Shown here in pieces: positions 25,311 through 37,880 of a stretch of DNA of 64,000 bases. The position numbers and the translations under genes are program-made. The DNA is from Paragordius varius (lineage: Eukaryota > Animalia > Nematomorpha). The stretch lies in contig OZ176052.1 in NCBI GenBank assembly GCA_964247055.1, positions 4,340,001 through 4,404,000 of the forward strand. Direction: 5' to 3'. Position 1 is the stretch's first letter; each line of letters opens with the position of its first letter. The notes under the pieces were generated by a model that did not search any database, had not been told where the DNA came from, and saw only the letters and a list, made by a program, of their open reading frames with translations.

Positions 25311-26641
25311 CTTTAGATATTATAGACTAAAAGTTTGAAATCAAATATCTTAGTAATTTAATAAGCATATATAAATGAATGATTATAAAAAAATGGATTT
25401 TTGTGGGATTACATTAATGAATTTAAATAAACTGCTTGCGGTTTGCGTCAAAATCTCACATACTGCAAAAGCAGTAGTTTATTATTTTTTACAAAAAATA
25501 TTTTTTCCCCGATTATTATTAAGGGATGTAAAAATTTTTATAGCATATGATATAAAAATTTAAAATTTTGATTACTGGAAATCAATAGTCTTTAAATTGT
25601 GATTTTCTTTTTTTATTGAAAACAAAGAGTTTATTAACACTTTATTATTGGGTAATAGTGTACTCCTAAAAATTTCAAGTTTGAATAACTTAAAAAGTAT
25701 TTAAGGTATTGGTCCAAGTTTAAAAACATGCATTGTTTAACCTCTGTATAGTTCAAAAAATTTAACATTGTTGAAATCATCTCAAATTTGCCGCCATTTT
25801 TTTGATTTTATTAAAAATATCCACTTAAAAAGTGTAAATTATGGTTAAAATGCAAATTAACTTAGGAGACTTTGCATTGCTTTTAGCATCAAACTTCTGA
25901 AATTTATTGATTTTAATATCTGCTGTTTTTTATCGGATTTTTGAGCTATATCATTGGACTCTAAAAACCTATATTTTAAAGAAGAGAATTTTCGTTGATT
26001 AAATAAACCATTTGCACTTCAAGGGTGTCCTGCATTTCAAGTTAGTCCTTAAACTTTTGAGTTGGCCTATAAACACTTTTGGTCCTTAAACATTTCAATT
26101 GGTCCTTCGACATTTTTTCTATCTATTTTTTTTTTCAAACCAGTATCATTCTTCTATCCTCTCATTGACCTAAAGTTTTAAATTAATATCAACTTTTTTC
26201 ATTCCACAACCTTTTATCCTATAATTTTAGAACATATATTATATTAACATTTCTAAGATTTAATTAAAAAATATATAAGTTTGTGGGTTATTAATTGTAG
26301 TTCAAACAAGTTGAAAATGTTATTGGAAAAAATTTGTTTACAGGAAAAAACTGTTTTATGAAAAAATAAAATGCATGCAAAAAATATGTTAAACGCAAAA
26401 TGGAAAAAATTAAGGATCAACTTGAAGTTTAAGTCTCTTGAAATTTGGAACGCCATTTTTTCATGTATGAATTTTATAGTATTATGGGATTTGGTCTTTT
26501 TTTGATATAAATAATATATTTTGGTGTGTTAGGTCAATTATTTTGGGACAAGACATATCGTACATATTAATAATCATTGTTAAAAAAATTGATTTAGTTA
26601 GTTATTTCCGATTATAAAACATTATTTTATTATTTTTTTAA

Positions 26642-27160
26642 TCTATATATTTATAAAAATGGAAAATGCTGGCTTTGTGATCTGTTTTCGGAAAACCGGT
26701 AGATCCATTCTAATCCAAATATCGAAAAATTATAATCGTTAATAAATGCCCCGACAATAGCTTCGCCCTTTTTTTGAATTAGGCTCCCAGTTCGGGCCCA
26801 CCCCGTGTAAAAAATCGCGTTTTTTTTGAAAACAGAAGTCCACGAAAATTGTGTCTTTGAGACAGTTTTCCGGAGAACGTGTAGGACCATTCAAAAATAT
26901 GTTTTTTTACTTATTTTCGATTGTGCCGAGTCGGCTTGCTTTTTTAATTTAGGCGCTCTTATTACCCGCTCCCCACGTACAATGCCATTTTTTTCAAAAA
27001 ACAAAGTCCACAAAAATATTTTTTTGATTCTATTTTTCGCCCAAGTAAACAATATATTAGTATGAATGCACCGTTTTAAAATTCCTATGAGATAATAGTT
27101 ATTAAATAATGTTTCGAAATAATCCACATATATAGATCATTTTATTAATCCTTTTTTAAA
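26642..27160 (+). mobile_element. Non-autonomous Helitron, 3'-truncated copy
   Basis: A|TCTATATATTTATAAAAATGGAAAATGCTGGC start; collinear with 36904-37434 but lacks the CTAG end. Confidence 0.8.
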
Positions 27161-27809
27161 TTATGATAAGGGTTTATTAACGAATTTAATATCATTCAAA
27201 TTTTATTTAGCAACAAATATAAATTATCTTTTTTATTTTCTTTAATTTTAAGTATATTTATACACGATCGTTTTAGTTTAACAACACAACATGCGAAAAA
27301 TATTATTTGATTAGATTCCAATAGATTTGGCACATATTTATAACAATTATACAGGCTCGACCTTAATTACGATTGATTTTTATGCTTTAGATTAAGCTAA
27401 ATAATAATATAATAAAATTAACGATAATATTTAATTTTCAAAACAAAAAACAGCATTCTGTCTTAGAACATTATAATTTTCAAAAATATATGCGTATTTG
27501 TGTAAACAATTTTTGGATCTAAGAGCACACACATATGATACAAACTAACAAGCGAGATGTTGATGGAATTAAGCTAAATCAAATTCTATATAATAGAAAA
27601 TATAATTTGAATCGAGTATTATGTACAATGGTGGCATTTACTATTGTCAGCCTCAGTAAAAAATGCGTAGATGTCAAAACAAAATAATTTTAGTAAGATA
27701 TATCATTTGTTTTTAATTATATTCTTTATATTTTATACATATATAACATTTTTTTAATCCATCTTACGAAATATATTGATTTTTAAAATTAATATTTCTT
27801 GACTTCCTA

Positions 27810-30800
27810 ATGTCAATTCCTATCGCTCCACCGTTACCCAATACACCAGGGGCTCCGAGAAAGAAAAAATATCGCGTATTTTTTATTTGATTGGTTGTTA
27901 TATCTTTTGTAATTGAAAAAAATTGTGGTAGAGTTTATTTCACTAAGCGATTTTTAGAATTTGAGAAACTAAAATACTGTCAAACCTCATGAATAGTTCT
28001 AAAACTTTTTAATACATATATATGTATCAAATTACATGGGGAATACGAGAGCGTTTGTATGTAGTAGAATTCCAAATGTTTCATTATCATACTTTTGTTC
28101 TAGTGCATTGTTGTTTACCAATGTTTAATTTTATAGGTTTTTTCACAAATCAATAAATTTGATCAATAAAGAGTTATGTTTTATAAGATTCAATAGCGGT
28201 TAGAAATTTATACATAGCCGTATATCAATTTATTATTTTTTAATTATAATTATATATAAGTTTCCAATAACATGGTAAAATTAGCTTTTTATAACAACTA
28301 TGATTAAATTTTTTCTTAAATATAACAATGTAAAAACCCCCCACAAAGTTCAATCAATACATTGCGATCTTAAAGAAAGAAATATAATTATTAATAAAAA
28401 TTTAATCGATATGTAGTAAATTGTAACAGTTTTCTCATAATTTATATTGGTTATTTTTATAAAAAACCCCATATAAATTTTAGCCAACGATCTACATGCA
28501 TAAATTATATATTTTCTAACGCATACCTTTATTCTAATATGGTAATTTTTTATTTATATTTTTAATCAAAATATGTTTTGTTATAAATATATTATCTTCC
28601 ATATAAAAGTAAGACCAATAACGGAATCAACTACTTAAGTAAGCGCTTCTATATGGAGTGTCACTAAGTTTTAGTTTTCCCATATGCATTTGTTTTTAAA
28701 GGTTTATTCACCTCGTATACAAATATTAAGGCTATTAACAAAAGATTTTAGCTTTAATAAATTATGCTATGGTTGTTAAAGTAAAAAACTATTAAATTTG
28801 TTATATATATGATTTACAAAGTCTCTTAGATCTCTTAGCAATAATAGGTGCCAATTATAGTTTTACTCTTATATAGGAATCGACAATAGATACGACAAAT
28901 ACCAGTTCCTCCCTACATACATCTAATGATACCAACGATGATAAAATTATTAACAATAATATTAATGGTAATGGCAGTACAGTTATAGCGGATGGTGAAT
29001 TTATTGAGAAACAACACAAGAAAATATTGGAAAAGGTATTAACTAAAGCCGCAACAGAACCAAAGGATCGGAGGCCATTCACATACACTCCGCACATTGA
29101 TGAATTAAAAGAGGTAAGTAGGAAATGGAATAAAGTCAGGCGAAACTCTTGCTTAGGCAATGCGTATGATGTCGTGTATCAGGATGTGGATAGTGGCTTA
29201 GATACGTCATATCAAAGCAATAAATTACCACAAAATATTGGACATAATATCCGTGATGAAGAAAATAATTATCGGCGCCATATGTCATACACACCAGCAG
29301 TGCATACTGGCTATCAGAACGGTACAGTAGAAAAACAAGCACCTTATAACGCTCCTTTTTTACCTAACACAAACAATAACAACATTAACCATAATACTTC
29401 ATCTGGTGGGGATTCTGATTTGTATTCTCATCAAAAAGCAGAACCATATTCCCCTTACCATTGTCAACCAGATTATCCTAATCAACAAATTGTTGATAAA
29501 CGAAACGGTCATTATTTACCTCCTGAAGAAGGGAAAACAATCAGCCCAAAACCTTTATCAAACGGAAATGAACGTTTTTATGCTTGTAGAAGCGAAAGCA
29601 GAACTGATATTAAAAGATCATCTTCGCCACCTATTGTAACTTTAAACTCTAATATTACCTCCACTATTAACAGACCAACCGTGTCCCATAAAATTTATCA
29701 AAGTAGTAATCACCAAAGACCTATGTATAATTTACCCATAAATGGGTTTGAAAATCCTAGCTTAACGGCAGAACCTACGCTTTTAACGCGAGAGCTACCT
29801 TCAAACATGGACAAATCCAATTATAATAGTACACAAAGTTATACGAGGAATAGTTTTAATGCTACACCCAGACCCTATCTTGCTAGTCAACATCAGCCTT
29901 ATGGAAAGAGGATTTTAGTAACGTCCGGTGCTAAACCCGTCGATCAAATGAAACCTCGATTGGATACTGAGATAATGTATGATTATTATCAGGATGATGT
30001 AAGTGCGCCACGCAAAACAACCACAAAAATTCAATCAAACTATTTTTCAAACCGTGAAACATGCGAAACCATAAATGGTGTACCGCGCAACACTGTCCGT
30101 GAAATATATTATTCCACTCAACCGTCTGTTGGTGACTCAAGCAATGCAAAAATTCGGTCGCGTTCAATAGGACCCAGGTAACATTATGTTTTATATATTC
30201 CATTAAGCATTGTCTTGTAAACATTTTATTTTATTTTTTCGGTCGAAAAAATATATCAAATTTTATTGTTAGAAACAACAATAATATAGTTTGAATATTG
30301 TGGATTAACACTTCATCTTTTCACTTTTTGTCCTAGTTGCCATATTGGGGGTAATTTTATATCCCGGAGCTTATTATAAATTAACTACTGTTTTGAAAGT
30401 GATTTTAGTTAAAATTTAATTATTAACAATTGTTTTCATGTATCAGATCAAAAAGCTTAAATTTTTAAACAGTTTAGTGACTTCTAGAGTCTAAAATTGA
30501 AACAGCTCCAAAACACGATCGAAACGATTCACTGGTAAAATGTAAAAGAGAGCTTTTTAAATATAATCATTCACATTTTTACCCATAATACATTTATTTG
30601 CCCTTTGCATTATGAATTAAAAATATTTAAAGGACAAAAATGAGGGCGAAAAAGTTGGAGGTGAGGATTTTTTTCAATTTAACATTTGATTTTTTTTTGA
30701 TATTACCCTAAAGGACTAAAGAAAGCATATTTCTAAATTCGGTCTAATACTTTATGGTAAAATATTCAAATTTTTAATCGCTCTGGGATTTAAACTACCC

Positions 30801-33800
30801 AAAAGATCATGGTCTGTTAATCTTATCAATCGTTTTGCCAATTTGGGATAAAATCAAGTATATGTTCTGATATTATATTACAATTCTTGTGTCAGTTAAT
30901 TTTTTAATTATACAAATTCAAATGACACGTTTCATGCATATATATATATATATATATATATAGTTAAATGTATTTTAATTTGCGATGTAAATATATATGA
31001 TCAAAAGGAAACTTATATATGGCAGAATTTCACTATGCCCTCAAACACTTAACACTTCATTACCTTTTGGGGTAGTAAAATAAATATAGCATTTGGCCAA
31101 ATCATGATACAATTTTTTATTAAAAAAATGTAAAATTGTAAAAAAATCCTCATCTCAAACTTTTTCGCGGCCATTTTTTTTAAATCGTGAATACAATATT
31201 CAAAAAATCTTAATGGTTGAAAATATAAATAATTAACTCTAAAAAGCTCTAGAAATACAAATAGTTTTGAATATTGATTTTAAATTCAACTTTTCGCTTG
31301 AGTTTTGGAGCTATCTGAATTCGGGACTCTAGAAGGTAAAAATGTAAGTTTTTTTATATGAAATAGAAGAAGATGGCATTATATTTTAACCCAAAAACTT
31401 TTAAAGCAGTATTGTACAACTTCTGGGGTAGGAAACTACCCATTTGTAACATATAAAAAATAAAAATGTATTGAAGTGTCAAAAGCGACGATTAGTATTA
31501 TATTTTCATTATAACACCCATACTTAGCGTTTAATAATAATATTTTAAAATATATTTACTAATTATTTTAATTTAAAAGTATTTTCTTATATTGTATGGC
31601 TGTTCTTGCAAGAAGTAACCATAAAAACTTTACAATACTTTGTCCCTATAATCTTAGTGATGGATCATTTTAGAATATGGTACATAATTACATCAAGTAG
31701 AAATTTATAACCAAAAAATACATCATAAAATGAGCCAAAAAATAGCTTTTTTAAAAGTTTAATTTTTCGATTTAATACGTAAGCCATAAAAGACCCGTAA
31801 GCCTAAAAAATATAATTTAGCCACATTTTTACAAGCGCCTTTTGTGGTATCGAACCATCTTTATTAATAAAAATTGTATAATAATACAAAAATGTTATTT
31901 GTATGTTGTAAGTAAAAATATATCTGTGAAATTCATACTATTATGTTTTCTTGGGGGAATTAACAAAGGTAAAAAGCTATTATTTCAGTAAAACCCTTTA
32001 ACATTTTGTAAATTACATTTTTGTAATATTATTAAATAATTACACTTTTTGTTAAATTTTAACCCAAATAGGAACTTCAACAAAATCTAATAAATTTGGA
32101 TATTTATTTAAATTCTGTGTGAACTTTCCTTTTGCATTTAGGGAAATTTTATATGGACCTGGTGGTAATTTTGGTACAAGCACACCATTTGAAGACGATT
32201 ACATTCCTTTGACTGTTGCAGAACCCCAATCTGACAGCCTTCAAAAAAGAATATTTTCCGAAAGAGAATTTTATTCAGAAGATCATCGTGCACCCTTGTG
32301 GAGAAATAGGTAATCTTATTATATAAAATGTAGAATTTTATAAAAACATAACTAAATATCTTGTAATAAAAATCAAAATATAATATTTACATTATACATA
32401 AATAATGTAGAAAGTCTTGTAAGGGTTAGCTTTGACCGGTTATTAATGCATTCATGATCGAGACTTTGAGAAAAATATTTGCGTGAAAATTTAGCAATAG
32501 ACCATTCCATTATATTTGCGCAAAGCTAAGGATGCCCTTTTTAGTTATTTCCTGAGTAGCGATATAGAAGCGTTAATATTTTGTTTTTGTTAGAGTATTA
32601 GGACATTATTTTACTAGCCCCGGATTTTCACCATAAACAGACGTGACAACAGGCAAATAACACAGTGGCTTTGGGTTTTTTCGAGAGTGTATTGAATCAT
32701 TTTAATTTAGACCTAACATATTTTATTAATGTTTGTGCATAGCGAATCGAAATGTTCTATTGTTTTTGCCTCCTTGGAAAATAACACTCCAAAAAATATG
32801 AATCTTAAAAAATAAATAATTTTTAAAGACTCCGAATATAACAACAGTATTCAAATATTGTAATTCATAAATTGGTAAATTTATTTTGCCAACATGAATA
32901 TCGTCAGTAAACATTTAAAAAATGAATGTTAGCTTACAGGAAAACGTATTAGGCCCCAGAGATTAATACTAAGTATGCCAATTATAGTTGAGCGCCTTAA
33001 ATTAGCCTTGGATTGATCTCTTTATAGGATGGCGAAAGACACATTGGATTGTTAAAATTAAAAACGGACAGAGACTAATGTTTGAACACATGTATGTTGC
33101 ATCATAAATCAGTGGTTCCCAAAAAAGGGCTTAGTAAAATTTGGGGAGGGGGGGGGGTGACAAGAATTTATTTTTTCAATTTGATGGGACCTGAACAAAA
33201 AAAGGTATAGAACCACTGGAATAATTAAACTAAGGTAAAAATCTGAAATCGGTTGTGCTGCCTGACGTCGAGATTATTATTATATTAAAATAACACTAGT
33301 CAACAAGGTTTTGCACCACCCCATTATTTTTGCATTTTCTGATACCTAATGGCATGGAAAGGCCAAAACAAAAAAGAAAATTGAGGCCACCAATAGGATT
33401 TTTCCAAAATTTACTTTTTAAATTTGTATTTAATTCAAAAATAACAATCATTCCTCGTGTACATATGTTTAAAAATTCAAACAAGTAATATTCCATGCAT
33501 GGATAACAAATTCTAGGCATTAAATGAGATACTAAACAAGCTAAGAGCCAAAGTATTAAAAATCTAAAAGAGGCTTATGTATAGTGTGATAGATATGGGC
33601 GGCTGCATACGCTCTGCATATCCCCCAAGCGATCCTATAATTATGCCAGATATGGCAAAGATAACAATAAGTAATCGTAAGGTCCGATAAGAGAGACTTG
33701 CAAGCAAAATCTGGCAAATCGGCATGTCCAATTAACCAATTTACAGAATAAAGTTATATAAATTCTACAATTAAATTAAATATAAATTAGGTAAATACAA

Positions 33801-35638
33801 ATGGTCCAACCCCATAACAGTAAATTCTACTAAAAGTGGCTACACAACATCTATCTGAAATGCAAAATACAAAACAACCAATAATTTCAAAAAAATAAGG
33901 TATATCCACTAAGTATAAATAAAGGATTTTTTATAAGAACCAACTCAAGAGAAAAAGTCTAATAAGTACTCAAAGAACGAAATCTAACAAAAAAATATAG
34001 CCTATCTGAAAGCCGAAGGTTTAAACCATAGAATGCCTTTTTTAGTATTTTTTTAAAAAATTTTTATATGTGTTAAAAATTTACTTGAAAAAAAGACTAA
34101 ATTTTGACGTTTAAGTCTATACTATTTTTTTCTCTCTGATATTTAAATGACATATTTATATTCAAAAGATAGAGTTTAAAACGCTTTATTAAATTATATT
34201 TAATTTATAATATAATAACATTTTATTATAAAGTTATATTTAATTTTCTTTCGATTTTCTCTTGTTTTTGAGAAATTGAAAAACCTATAAAATTTCAAAA
34301 CTCTGATTGGCGGGATCAAAAATTTTTTCAAATTCGGTTTTAAAACACTGAAATTAGTCATAATTAAAAAAGTTTGAGTGGTGGTGCTTAAAAATGTCCA
34401 AATTTGTCGACTAGTGTAATTAATGGGCTTGAGCAATATAATATACATCTTCCCCATATTTTGCTTTTTTGATTGGTTTGACAAAGATTACTTCTAGTAT
34501 TCGAAAATTCACCTAAATAAATTCATTTTAATTTAGCTGAATTATGATTGCATAATAAGAAGAATCACCTATTCCAGGTATTTAGACGATTAAATAAAGT
34601 CATCGGAAGAAATCAATTTATGAAGGCATTTTTGACTTAATCATATGGCGGACCCTATGTTGCAACTCGTCTAATCTTATGATTATTTGTTAATTTATAT
34701 GACAAGCACAGTGCAGGAAATATTTACTTTGCAAATAAATTCAAAACCCTTCCATCAAACAAATTAGAGGAATGTTATTATATTTTTATGATCTTCCCCC
34801 ACAAGAAGGCTTGCAACAACCCTTGAAAGCCATAAATAATGAATGGGTAGCGTCAAGGCTTTTTTGGGCTCATTAAGAAATTTAGATTCAAAAGTGTATT
34901 AGTGCTAAGAGCATCCATCCATCATCTTCAAATACTATATTTTTGATTTTTTTCTATCACGCTTTCAGTCAATGACAATTGAGTCATTTTTGCCATATTT
35001 TTTAACATTGAAATATGCTAAAAATTTAGATTGATAAATTTTTGATGTTGGATTTTTTCTAAAATTCAATTTTTAATAAGTATTCGACCATGTAGCAAAT
35101 AATAAAAATATGATTGTTTAATAAAAGTTTTCTTCAAAGTTTTTATTAAGACAAAAAATAATCATATATCTATATTCACCAGGGACGAAAGTGAATTAGC
35201 CGTTTATGAAAGCCCAAGGCCAATCACCATCATTAAAGAGAGTAACAATGTTTACGAAAATAATGGTACATATTAAAGTTATTGATAAAATTGCTGTTTT
35301 TATATAATAAGTTTCACAAAAATAATAACATCTTATATATGATAGGTTTATGCTCAAACGCATTGGAAGAACAAAGGCGAAGAATGAAATCTCCTTACCA
35401 ACGAAGCATAAAATTTGGTTTATTTTGTTTCGAAATTAATTAGAAACACACTTTAGTTGAAACAATTTATTTTTTAGATCTATATTTAACAATAAAATTT
35501 TAAATTTTAAATAAATTAGACGATGATGTAATTGACAATGATCAACCCGAAATCTCAATTTATAAAGACAACTATTTTAGAGACAATGGGTTTAGTGCAC
35601 GACAAATTTTGGAACTACATGGATCTACAGATTTTTAA
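27810..35638 (+). CDS. Uncharacterised low-complexity protein, ~602 aa, with a C-terminal class I PDZ-binding-type motif (TDF)
   Basis: Phase-consistent exons 27810-27875, 28877-30177, 32142-32309, 35183-35265, 35346-35417, 35520-35638 (1809 nt, open to TAA); AATAAA at 35651. N-terminus MSIPIAPPLPNTPGAPRKKKYR, motif KAATEPKDRRPFTYTP, block LQKRIFSEREFYSEDH. An upstream exon cannot be excluded. Confidence 0.7.
30478..31336. repeat. Degenerate ~0.86-kb palindrome in intron 2 of the plus-strand gene
   Basis: cttctagagtc..agctccaaaac pairs with gttttggagct..gactctagaag; gcgaaaaagtt.gag.tgaggattttttt pairs with aaaaaaatcctcatctcaaactttttcgc. Confidence 0.75.
33110..33218. mobile_element. Small hAT-like MITE relic
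   Basis: CAGTGGTTCCCAA ... TAGAACCACTG termini; no clear target-site duplication. Confidence 0.55.
33294..34416 (+). mobile_element. Non-autonomous TIR element, copy A (1123 bp)
   Basis: Termini CACTAGTCAACAA ... TTGTCGACTAGTG flanked by TAA on both sides; near-identical inverted copy at 55267-56394; no transposase ORF. Confidence 0.9.
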
Positions 35639-35820
35639 AACACAATACCCAATAAAAATTGTATAAATTTTTTAAAATTCTATAATTTACATATAAAAAT
35701 CATTGCAAATAAATATATCATCAAATGACCTTTTTTAAGTATTTAATATAACCCATTGTTATAAAAAAATTTAATAAATATTCTTTTATTTTGTGTATAT
35801 TTATTTTTTTAATGAGATCA

Positions 35821-36190
35821 TCTATATATTTATAAAATTGGAAAATGCTGGCTTTGTGGTCTGTTTCCGGAAAACCGGTAGACCCATTCAAATCCAAATG
35901 TCGAAAAAATATAATCATTACTGAATGCCCCGACAATAGCTTCGCCCTTTTTTGAATTAGGCTCCCTGTTCGGGCCCACCCCGTGTAAAAAACTTTTTTT
36001 TTTGAAAACACAAGTCCACAAAAATGTCTTTGAGACAATTTTCCGGAGAACGTGTTGGACCATTGAATTTCAATTCGGCTCGTTTTTTAATTTAGGCCCT
36101 CTTTTTACCCGCTTCCCCCGTAAAATGCCATTTTTTTTCAAAAAAATTAAGTCCACAAAAATAATTTTTTGAATCTATTATTCGCCCAAG
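35821..36190 (+). mobile_element. Non-autonomous Helitron, truncated copy
   Basis: A|TCTATATATTTATAAAATTGG start; collinear with the other two copies to ~36190, then followed by a degenerate ~150-bp tandem repeat region (to ~36670). Confidence 0.8.
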
Positions 36191-36903
36191 GTATGAGACC
36201 GTAAAAATTCAATAAGGATTCTACATATTCCCTGTTAAAAGGCAAAAATTTTAGTCAAGCGTTTCTTTGATGATAGCTGCTGAGTAAGGAGCTACCTGCG
36301 AAAAACTGACCCGTCATATCAAAATCGCGTGCTTTTGGGGCTAAATTTCAGAAAACCTATCAGGCTATATGAGTTCATTACCCGTAAAAAGTCAAAAATT
36401 TTAGTCGAGCGGATTTTTTAAATTAGTCGTTAAATAGGCCCTTTATGCCCTTAAAAATGCGCTCTCTTTGAACTATTATTTAGTTATGAAGCCATTCTTC
36501 CATAAATTATTAGAAATAAACGATGATTCCAGGTATAAAGGCAAATTTTTTTATCTAACTACATTTTTATATTAGCCTCTGGGTAGGCTACCCGCATACA
36601 ACTGCGCCATCATATCGATACAGCATACCTTTGGAGCCAAATTTCAGAAAACTTATGAGACTATGTGAATCATTTTTAAACTTCTTCCCGCATAACAAAA
36701 TTGCTTATAAAATTAAAAATATATTATACTCATTTCAAATAATATTGTCTATTTCAATATTCAAACGAGACAATCAAATGATTAATCACACTTTATTAAT
36801 TTTAAACATTAAATCGTATTACTCTATTGTTTTATTATTATTTATCTTTCAGATGTATAGGATGTTAAAAAATATATGGATAATAAAACATTATTTATGG
36901 TCA

Positions 36904-37434
36904 TCTATATATTTATAAAAATCGAAAATGCTGGCTTTGTGATCTGTTTCCGGAAAACTGGTAGACCCATTCAAATCCAAATGTCGAAAAAACATAATCA
37001 TTAATGAATGCCCCGACAATAGCTTCGCCCTTTTTTTGAATTAGGCCCCCAGTTCGGGCCCATCCCGTGTAAAAACGGTTTTTTTTGAAAACAGAAGTCC
37101 ACAAAAATCGTGTCTTTGAGACAATTTTCCGGAGAACGTGTTAGACCATTCAATTTCAAATATAATTTTTTTACTTATATTCGATTGCGCCGAACATAGT
37201 CGGCTCGCTTTTTTATTTTAGTCCCCCCCCCGCTCCCCCCGTAAAATGCCATTTTTTCAAAAAACTTAAATCCACAAAAATAATTTGTTTTGAAATTCCT
37301 ATGAGATCATAGCTATTAAATAATGTTTCGAAATAATTCACATATGTGGATCATTTTATTGTCCCTTTTTCAAATAGCCCCCCAGCAGTCTGAAGGACTT
37401 CCTGGGCTTCGTAGCAGCACGAGATTTACGCTAG
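36904..37434 (+). mobile_element. Complete non-autonomous Helitron (531 bp)
   Basis: Inserted between A and T; 5' TC; 3' CTAG preceded by a short hairpin (TTCGTAGCAGCACGAG); no TSD. Confidence 0.85.
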
Positions 37435-37880
37435 TATGTTACATATTTCCGATACAATGAGTATATCGTACTAACATCTTGTTAAATTGAAAATTTAAAT
37501 TTCTTTTTTTCGCTTGATAATCGAATTTTCGGTTAGCATTAATTTGTCATGAGAGGTTTTTAAAATATTTATAAATACCATTTGAAAAAGGATTAAGGAT
37601 TAAGAAAAAACTAATTTTATTAGCGATTGTTTTCCTAAATAAATACAAGATAAAGCGATTTAAAAAATGAGAATATTTAGATATAGTATCAAAGATAAAA
37701 TTTTGCAATTTATTGACACTAAAAATATGAGTGCAGAAAGCAACAATAAATGGATGCATTGTAATATATATTTCATAGTTTTTAATATATTTTTACATAG
37801 AATCAAAGCTAATTTATCACAGCTATAATATATGGATAAAAACTATTTTGTTATATAAATCACACAAAAATTGCACGGCA

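Noticed and set aside
32594-32636. Alternative terminal exon (VLGHYFTSPGFSP*) for the plus-strand gene
   Set aside because: Phase-compatible, but the three downstream exons give a longer consistent chain ending in TDF* followed by AATAAA; no independent support.
34500-34900. Possible exon or retroelement relic next to TIR element A
   Set aside because: Only short frames (e.g. LYFYDLPPQEGLQQPLK) with no recognisable motif or compatible splice phases.
26651-37104. Similar ORFs at 26651, 26826, 35721, 35830 and 36913 as a paralogous gene family
   Set aside because: They are chance frames within copies of the same non-coding Helitron.
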